In this document: in pieces, positions 58,215 through 64,000 of the stretch
How positions within the stretch are numbered: the stretch's first letter is position 1
Layout of the letters: every line of letters begins with the position of its first letter
Source: Patescibacteria group bacterium
GTDB taxonomy: Bacteria; Patescibacteriota; UBA1384; 2-12-FULL-50-11
Length of the DNA stretch: 64,000 bases
Direction of reading: 5' to 3'
Assembly: GCA_016861245.1 (NCBI GenBank)
Contig: BOKZ01000001.1
Span: 487,006 to 551,005, forward strand
The notes under the pieces: generated by a model
What the model was told of the DNA's origin: nothing
The model's input: the letters and a program-made list of their open reading frames with translations, nothing else
Database searches by the model: none
Made by a program: the position numbers and the translations under genes

Positions 58215-59681
58215 TTGGGGATGATTTTCGATGTAGTCATCGTCAGTTTGCTCTCCTACGTTGTTTTTAAAGTTATTAACTCCCAGAAGGGGCTACGATT
58301 TTTTGGCTGGGTTGCAGCTGCTAGCGTTGTGCTAGTTGCGAGCAGTTACGTCGCTTTGCCGGCGCTACACCTACTTGCTCAAGCAGCGCTGGTCGTTCTC
58401 CTAGTAAGTTTTCCGATATTATTTCACCAAGAGTGGCAAGCAGTACTAGATAAAAATACTCAAGCGCCACCAACCGTCCCGCTTTCGCCCGCGATTCGGA
58501 TACTGTTAAGTATCGGTTTGGCTTTACTATTTGTGGGGATGACAGTCGGTTCGTCGACGAAAGTCGGCCAGCTCTCACAAGAAATACCGATAAAAGCTGT
58601 TAACGTGCCGGACGGGATGTCTGCACGTGTTAGTGGCGATCAACGCGTTACTATTTTAATTTCTGCACCGAGAGAAGATTGGCGTTCGGTTACTCCCGAA
58701 GCGTTCTCGGCTACCGTTGACGTCGCTAAGCAGTCTGAAGGAACGTATGATTTGGCTGTGACCGTCACCTCGAAAGTCGCCAGTGTTAAGATATTAAAAA
58801 TTAAGCCGTCACGAGCTTTTGTTAGCGTCGAGCCGGTTATCCGCAAGACCGTGCCGGTAACTGTCAAATACTCTGGGAAAGCTGGTGACGATTTGGTGCC
58901 GGGTGAAGCGAAAATTACTCCCGATAAAGTTGAGATATCTGGCGCTAAATCCTTAATCAACGATTTAACACAAGCTGTTGTCGCCGTGAAACTAAACGGC
59001 GAAGTAAAACCGATTGAACAAAAAGCCACACTCCGTGTGGAGAACTCCTCGGGCGAAACACTTGAGGGAGTGACTTTTACTCCGGCCGAGGTTGCGTTAA
59101 CGATTCCGCTCGTTAAGGCCGGAAAAGTAAAAACCGTTGGCATCAAACCAGTGTTGAGCGGTCAGCCTGCTACCGGCTTTTGGGTCAAGTCCGTTACTGT
59201 TTCTCCGTCAACTGTTTCTGTTACTGGTCCAGTCGAACAGCTGAGCCTTCTAACCGATGTACCGACAGCGCCGCTGACGATCACCGGTATTTCAGAAAAC
59301 ACCGAGCAGCAACTGGTTCTAAACCTACCAAGCGGTATCACCGTCGCTGATACCGTCACTAAAGTTAAAGTGACCGTAACGCTGGCCAAAACAGAAACGA
59401 CAAAATCAATTAATCCTGAGATAGTGTACGTTGGAATCGACCCGGCTTTGAAGCTAGCGAGTATCTCGCCAAACGCAATTACGGCAGTAGTTTCCGGCGC
59501 CAGCGATATACTTAACGGCTTAACCGGCGCTCAGATAAAGCTCAACCTTGATCTTTCGGCGTACAAATCGGCTGGTACTTACTCAGTTAATATTAAAAAC
59601 ACAAATTTCACACTGATTGACGGTGTTAGTTTGGTGAGCTTTCTTCCGTCAGCAATTGGTGTTACGTTAGAAAATAGATGA
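58215..59681 (+). CDS. CdaA-N-terminal-like 3-TM region fused to four YbbR (CdaR-like) domains, no diadenylate cyclase domain
   Basis: N-terminus pattern (DVVIVSLLSYVVFKVI..KGLRFF...ILFHQEWQAVLDK) resembles the CdaA membrane domain incl. its IIFQPELRRALEQ segment; then a TM helix and repeated YbbR-type beta-rich modules; no DGA/RHR DAC motifs anywhere. Confidence 0.55.
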   Translation: MGMIFDVVIVSLLSYVVFKVINSQKGLRFFGWVAAASVVLVASSYVALPALHLLAQAALVVLLVSFPILFHQEWQAVLDKNTQAPPTVPLSPAIRILLSIGLALLFVGMTVGSSTKVGQLSQEIPIKAVNVPDGMSARVSGDQRVTILISAPREDWRSVTPEAFSATVDVAKQSEGTYDLAVTVTSKVASVKILKIKPSRAFVSVEPVIRKTVPVTVKYSGKAGDDLVPGEAKITPDKVEISGAKSLINDLTQAVVAVKLNGEVKPIEQKATLRVENSSGETLEGVTFTPAEVALTIPLVKAGKVKTVGIKPVLSGQPATGFWVKSVTVSPSTVSVTGPVEQLSLLTDVPTAPLTITGISENTEQQLVLNLPSGITVADTVTKVKVTVTLAKTETTKSINPEIVYVGIDPALKLASISPNAITAVVSGASDILNGLTGAQIKLNLDLSAYKSAGTYSVNIKNTNFTLIDGVSLVSFLPSAIGVTLENR

Positions 59682-60010
59682 AGCGGTTACGTTTCCTTGA
59701 GGGGATTAAGCATATTAAGTTAGCCAAAAGCGCTAGCTACGCTTTCTTAGGCGCGCTAGTGGTTTTGATCGGTACGTTCGCTGCCTGGCAATTTACCAAG
59801 ATCTTCTCGCCACAGACACTAATTAATAATAATGACCCCGTAATTATCATGAAAACCAGCGATCACGACATTAATAATAATCCACTTCCCAACTCAATAG
59901 CTGAGACAACTATTCCAGATTATGCCGATCAAGGTCAAGTTATAATGCTACCCATCATTAATGGGATAGTTCAGTTGCCACGAATTCAGGGAGAAATAAC
60001 GTTTCGATGA
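59678..60010 (+). CDS. hypothetical small membrane-anchored protein
   Basis: 110 aa, one hydrophobic helix, Asn-rich. Confidence 0.35.
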   Translation: MKRLRFLEGIKHIKLAKSASYAFLGALVVLIGTFAAWQFTKIFSPQTLINNNDPVIIMKTSDHDINNNPLPNSIAETTIPDYADQGQVIMLPIINGIVQLPRIQGEITFR

Positions 60011-61491
60011 AGAGAATTTGGTTGAGTATTTTATTACTAGGTGCGGCTATTTTGTTTGGTGCGCTTACAAGTAAAACCGATTCAGTATCGGCCTATGCCC
60101 CACCGCCCGCCTCGAACTACTACGCTTTACGTGGAGGAATGAATTTAAAAATAGTTCTACCGCCACTATCGATTGTTAAGCCAAACAGAATGAGAATTGG
60201 TGTAGCGCCTGGCGTTCGCGAAGATTTTACATTTAACAGTGTTACCGGCCAAGTTACCAACGACACACCTCCAAGTGATATTTCAGTTACTACTACACGC
60301 GATACTTCGAATAGCTTCCCCGAAAGGCACAATTACGTAATTACGGTGCGTGGTTTTGTTTTAGGTGGCGGTGGTGATATCGCTCGCTACATTAAGCAGT
60401 TACATCAATTGTATTCGGCCTCAGCGAGCACTCCTCCACCGGCTGGTACCGTATGCGTTGTTGTCGACTGCTCCTCTGCGCCGTACGAACCTTACGAATA
60501 TAAATTAGATTACGCCGCACTGACGCGATCAAACGCCAAAAACTACGCTGACTGGTTGCGCGCAAACCCAACAGCTAACGATTACAATGTAATTTATCTA
60601 AGCGACAGAACGTGTGGCGCTATTAACATTGTGAGTGGTACTACTCTATGTATGAAAACAACCGCCAGACTCACTGTCCCAGGCTACCCGGCTACTAACC
60701 ACATACTCATTCAATCCATCCCTGTCTTCGGCGGGATTTCGGTTGAAGGTAACGTCGCTGGCACAGGAACAGTCAGCGGCTTCGTCTTTGACGAGAATTC
60801 ACCAAAAGCGATCGCGGTTGGTGGAGCAGTTAACTCAGGAGTTACTGGTGGTGCTGGTAATGTTCAGAATTACACTAACAACTCTACGGTTTTGAAATGG
60901 GATCCACCGGGCACGGTCGGCGCTCAGATCGCAAGTATTTATAATAATGCAAGCTCAAAGGCAGCAGAAGCGACGAATAACCCCCCTGATTTTAGCGGCG
61001 GTAACATCTATCTAAATGCAAGTAATCGTAACTTAAGGAACTCAGGCACGACTACGCTCAGTTCGCCACCGGAAGGGAAACTCTGGAAGATAAACGGTAA
61101 CACAACGTTCACTAACGTCACGATTAACGGCTCGGGCACGATTATGGTTAACGGTAATGTAACGATAAACAACAGTTTGCGTTGCGCGACTGGAGCACGG
61201 TTCGGTATTATTGCCACCGGCACAATTACGATTAACCTGGCGGCAGGTACAGGAAAAGTGGCCTGCGGTGCGTACGTTGCTCGGGGCGGTGATCTGATTT
61301 TCAGCGATGGGTTAAACAATCCCGATATCGCCTACGAAGCTCGAGGAATTTTTGTAACTCGAGGCAGTATCCAATTGCCTTCGATCGCTGATGACGTCGC
61401 GTTTAGAGTTAAATACGACAGCGCGTTCGCGGCTGATCCGACTGTTCTATTTAAAGAACTACTCTCAATTATCTTCTCCACCGTCTCCTAG
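60007..61491 (+). CDS. hypothetical secreted protein with Gly/Asn/Thr-rich repetitive (beta-helix-like) region
   Basis: Signal peptide MKRIWLSILLLGAAILFGAL, repeats of NxTxNGxG type (TFTNVTINGSGTIMVNGNVTINNS). Confidence 0.4.
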   Translation: MKRIWLSILLLGAAILFGALTSKTDSVSAYAPPPASNYYALRGGMNLKIVLPPLSIVKPNRMRIGVAPGVREDFTFNSVTGQVTNDTPPSDISVTTTRDTSNSFPERHNYVITVRGFVLGGGGDIARYIKQLHQLYSASASTPPPAGTVCVVVDCSSAPYEPYEYKLDYAALTRSNAKNYADWLRANPTANDYNVIYLSDRTCGAINIVSGTTLCMKTTARLTVPGYPATNHILIQSIPVFGGISVEGNVAGTGTVSGFVFDENSPKAIAVGGAVNSGVTGGAGNVQNYTNNSTVLKWDPPGTVGAQIASIYNNASSKAAEATNNPPDFSGGNIYLNASNRNLRNSGTTTLSSPPEGKLWKINGNTTFTNVTINGSGTIMVNGNVTINNSLRCATGARFGIIATGTITINLAAGTGKVACGAYVARGGDLIFSDGLNNPDIAYEARGIFVTRGSIQLPSIADDVAFRVKYDSAFAADPTVLFKELLSIIFSTVS

Positions 61492-61528
61492 CCTTATCAG
61501 CGCGGTTCATACCAAGTACAATAGTCGT

Positions 61529-62488
61529 ATGTTGATTGATAGCGTAGAGATTACAGTTCGCGCTGGCCGCGGCGGCAACGGCATTATCGCCTGGCGAAGA
61601 GAAAAATATGTTCCGTTTGGCGGTCCGGACGGCGGCGACGGCGGTCGCGGCGGTAGCGTTTACTTTGTTGGAAGTAATAACGTTGACACCCTTAGTTCCT
61701 TTCGGTACCGAAAGGTGTTTCAGGCTGCCGATGGAGAAAACGGTCGCAGTAAGCGACAACACGGACGCGCTGCCGAAGATTTAGAGCTGCTTGTACCACA
61801 GGGCACGGTTGTGATCGACGACGAATCAGGGAAGATATTAACGGATATTACCGAAGTCGGTCAGCGCTATCGAGTAGCTAAAGGTGGAGTTGGTGGCCTC
61901 GGCAACCCGCACTTCGCTACCGCTACCAACCAAAAACCCGAAGAACAGACTGACGGCAAGCCAGGTGAAGTAAAGAAAATTAGGCTCGAGCTCCAGCTGA
62001 TTGCTGACGCAGCCTTGGTTGGGAAGCCAAACGCCGGTAAATCCTCGATTATCTCTGCCTTAACAGGAGTTGAGGCTCGAATTGGCGCCTACGCATTTTC
62101 CACGACTGAGCCAGTGCTTGGAGTAATGAGAGGCGGTGACGAGACGATCACCCTCGTCGATTTGCCGGGTTTAATTGAAGGCGCCCATCGCGGTAAGGGT
62201 CTTGGCGACAAATTTCTCCAGCACTTGCGTCGAGTTAGCCAAATTATCCATGTTGTCGACGCAACCGAATCAGATATTAAAATTGCAATTTCCGAAATCG
62301 ACACTGAGCTTAAGGAATACGACCCAATTCTATTGGAAAAACCAAAAATACTCGTTTTGAATAAAATAGACTTGCTAAATCCCAAAGAACTCTCTAGCTT
62401 AAAAAAGAGCTTTTCGCAGGCACTATTTATTAGCGCCCAGGAGAAGATCAACCTCAACGATCTTCGCGAAGCTATCCAATCCAATTAA
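61529..62488 (+). CDS. obg: GTPase Obg/CgtA
   Basis: Obg fold Gly-rich N-domain (GGNGIIAWRREKYVPFGGPDGGDGGRGGSVYF) and G domain ADAALVGKPNAGKSS. Confidence 0.9.
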   Translation: MLIDSVEITVRAGRGGNGIIAWRREKYVPFGGPDGGDGGRGGSVYFVGSNNVDTLSSFRYRKVFQAADGENGRSKRQHGRAAEDLELLVPQGTVVIDDESGKILTDITEVGQRYRVAKGGVGGLGNPHFATATNQKPEEQTDGKPGEVKKIRLELQLIADAALVGKPNAGKSSIISALTGVEARIGAYAFSTTEPVLGVMRGGDETITLVDLPGLIEGAHRGKGLGDKFLQHLRRVSQIIHVVDATESDIKIAISEIDTELKEYDPILLEKPKILVLNKIDLLNPKELSSLKKSFSQALFISAQEKINLNDLREAIQSN

Positions 62489-62642
62489 CCCTTGACAACA
62501 GGTATATATACCGAGTAGACTAACGATAAGTTAGTTGAGGTAATAAAGGAAGTGATAAATCGACAGAACAGTCGGCTAGTGATTTGCTCCGCTCGGAGTA
62601 ATTTTGTCACATCTAATAATAATTAAGGCAAGGGAGGCCAAG

Positions 62643-64000
62643 CTGCGTACAAATTTTCGCCCACTAGAAACCAATAATACGTTATCGAACCTCATTGAGG
62701 TTCAGCTCAAAAGCTATAACTGGCTATTTGAAGAGGGGATCGGTGAGCTCTTAAACGAGATTTCACCAGTTGAAGACTTTACCGGTAAACTTTTCACTTT
62801 AGAATTTACCGATTACTCGCTCGATAAAGCCAAGTACGACGAGAAAACAGCACGGTCAAAAAACCTTACCTACAAAGCGCCGCTCCGTTGTCAGATTAAA
62901 TTAACCAATAAACTCACCAAGAAGGTAAAAACTGCCGAAGTTTTCCTCGGTGATTATCCGCTCATGACCGAACGCGGCACGTTTATTATTAACGGCGTTG
63001 AACGCGTTGTTGTTTCACAGATCGTTCGCTCGTTCGGTGTCTTATTTGCAGCCGAGGAGCTAAGCGGCCGCAAGTTGTTTGGTGCTAAAATCATCCCAAA
63101 CCGCGGTGCTTGGTTAGAGTTTGAAACCAACTCGCGCGATGTTATTAGTGTGAAAGTCGACCGTAAGCGTCGAATTCCAATTACAACCTTCCTCCGAGCT
63201 GTCGGCAAATTCGACGACGAACAAATTAAAAAGTTGTTCAAAGATGTCGATACTAACCACGATCATCCGTTTATCGAATCGACGCTCGCACGCGACCCAG
63301 CTAAGACCTACGAAGAAGCAGTTGTCGAGGTTTATAAGCGAATTCGACCTGGTGATTTAGTAACACCAGAAACCGCTGAGACATTTATCCAGAATATCTT
63401 CTTTAACGCTAAGCGCTACGATTTAGGTCGCGTCGGACGCTATAAGATTAACCAACGTCTCGAAATGGATATTCCAAACACCGCCAAGAATCGAGTTCTG
63501 CGCGTTGAGGATATTATCGAAACAATCAAAGAAGTTATCCGTTTGAATAACACTCCAAAAGCCGAGGGCGACGACGTTGATCACCTTAAAAATCGTCGTG
63601 TTCGCGCCGTGGGTGAGCTAGTTCAGAACCGTCTCCGCGTCGGACTGCTCCGAATGGAACGTATTATTAAAGACCGAATGAGCCAAGTGGTTGATCCAGA
63701 AGACGTCAATCCGATTACGCTTATAAACAGCCGTCCGGTTGCTGCCGTTTTGCAAGAGTTCTTTGCCTCATCTCAGATGAGCCAATTTATGAACCAAACC
63801 AACCCGTTGGCGGAGCTGGAACATAAACGAACCCTCTCAGCTACCGGTCCTGGTGGAATCTCACGCGAACACGCCGGTTTTGACGTTCGTGATGTTCACC
63901 GATCGCACTACGGACGTATCTGCCCGATCACAACCCCAGAAGGTCAGAACATCGGTTTGGTCGGTTACTTAGCCGCTTCGGCTCGAGTAAATGAGTATGG
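62643..64000 (+). CDS. rpoB: DNA-directed RNA polymerase beta subunit, 5' part (continues past window end); start codon uncertain
   Basis: NLIEVQLKSYNWLF, GDYPLMTERGTFIINGVERVVVSQ, GPGGISREHAGFDVRDVHRSHYGRICPITTPEGQNIGLV; AGGGAGG SD 5 nt before CTG 62643, alternative TTG 62604. Confidence 0.85.
   Translation, partial: MRTNFRPLETNNTLSNLIEVQLKSYNWLFEEGIGELLNEISPVEDFTGKLFTLEFTDYSLDKAKYDEKTARSKNLTYKAPLRCQIKLTNKLTKKVKTAEVFLGDYPLMTERGTFIINGVERVVVSQIVRSFGVLFAAEELSGRKLFGAKIIPNRGAWLEFETNSRDVISVKVDRKRRIPITTFLRAVGKFDDEQIKKLFKDVDTNHDHPFIESTLARDPAKTYEEAVVEVYKRIRPGDLVTPETAETFIQNIFFNAKRYDLGRVGRYKINQRLEMDIPNTAKNRVLRVEDIIETIKEVIRLNNTPKAEGDDVDHLKNRRVRAVGELVQNRLRVGLLRMERIIKDRMSQVVDPEDVNPITLINSRPVAAVLQEFFASSQMSQFMNQTNPLAELEHKRTLSATGPGGISREHAGFDVRDVHRSHYGRICPITTPEGQNIGLVGYLAASARVNEY

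Overview
This 64 kb window is a gene-dense segment (roughly 90% coding, standard code 11, TGA used as stop) from what looks like a small-genome, Patescibacteria/CPR-like bacterium; that assignment is inference from gene content (split transketolase, short TsaB, Der without a KH domain, fused def-fmt, Gram-positive-type envelope genes). Content is mostly housekeeping: translation factors and r-proteins (ychF, infC, rpmI, rplT, rpsP, khpA, trmD, rplY, infB, der, obg, partial rpoB), a complete uvrABC set plus a second full-length uvrA, gyrB-gyrA, a glycolysis/pentose-phosphate cluster (rpiB-rpe-tktN-tktC-fba-gap), and envelope/glycan genes (LCP, PrsA-like, lgt, lepB, WbaP-like, GT4). RNA genes are five tRNAs (Asp-GTC, Gln-TTG, Val-CAC, Thr-CGT, Gly-CCC) and a minus-strand RNase P RNA with its own GNRA-loop terminator. 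I found no CRISPR array, integrase, transposase, reverse transcriptase or obvious defense island. The most unusual items are gene-architecture novelties rather than a classic mobile system: a single-ORF Def-Fmt fusion; a CdaA-N-terminus/YbbR(CdaR) fusion that lacks the diadenylate-cyclase domain; a PriA homolog with degenerate helicase ATPase motifs; a membrane-anchored Clp-type ATPase with a degenerate first AAA module; two divergent full-length uvrA paralogs, with a GC-rich GGDEF gene and two small orphan genes inside the uvrB-uvrA-uvrC neighbourhood; a RuvC-like resolvase whose conserved N-terminus has no canonical start codon; infC starting on AUA; a 16-nt direct repeat of the tRNA-Gln 3' end; and GC-rich orphan genes next to tRNAs. 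All calls come from reading the sequence and motif memory; no database searches were run.
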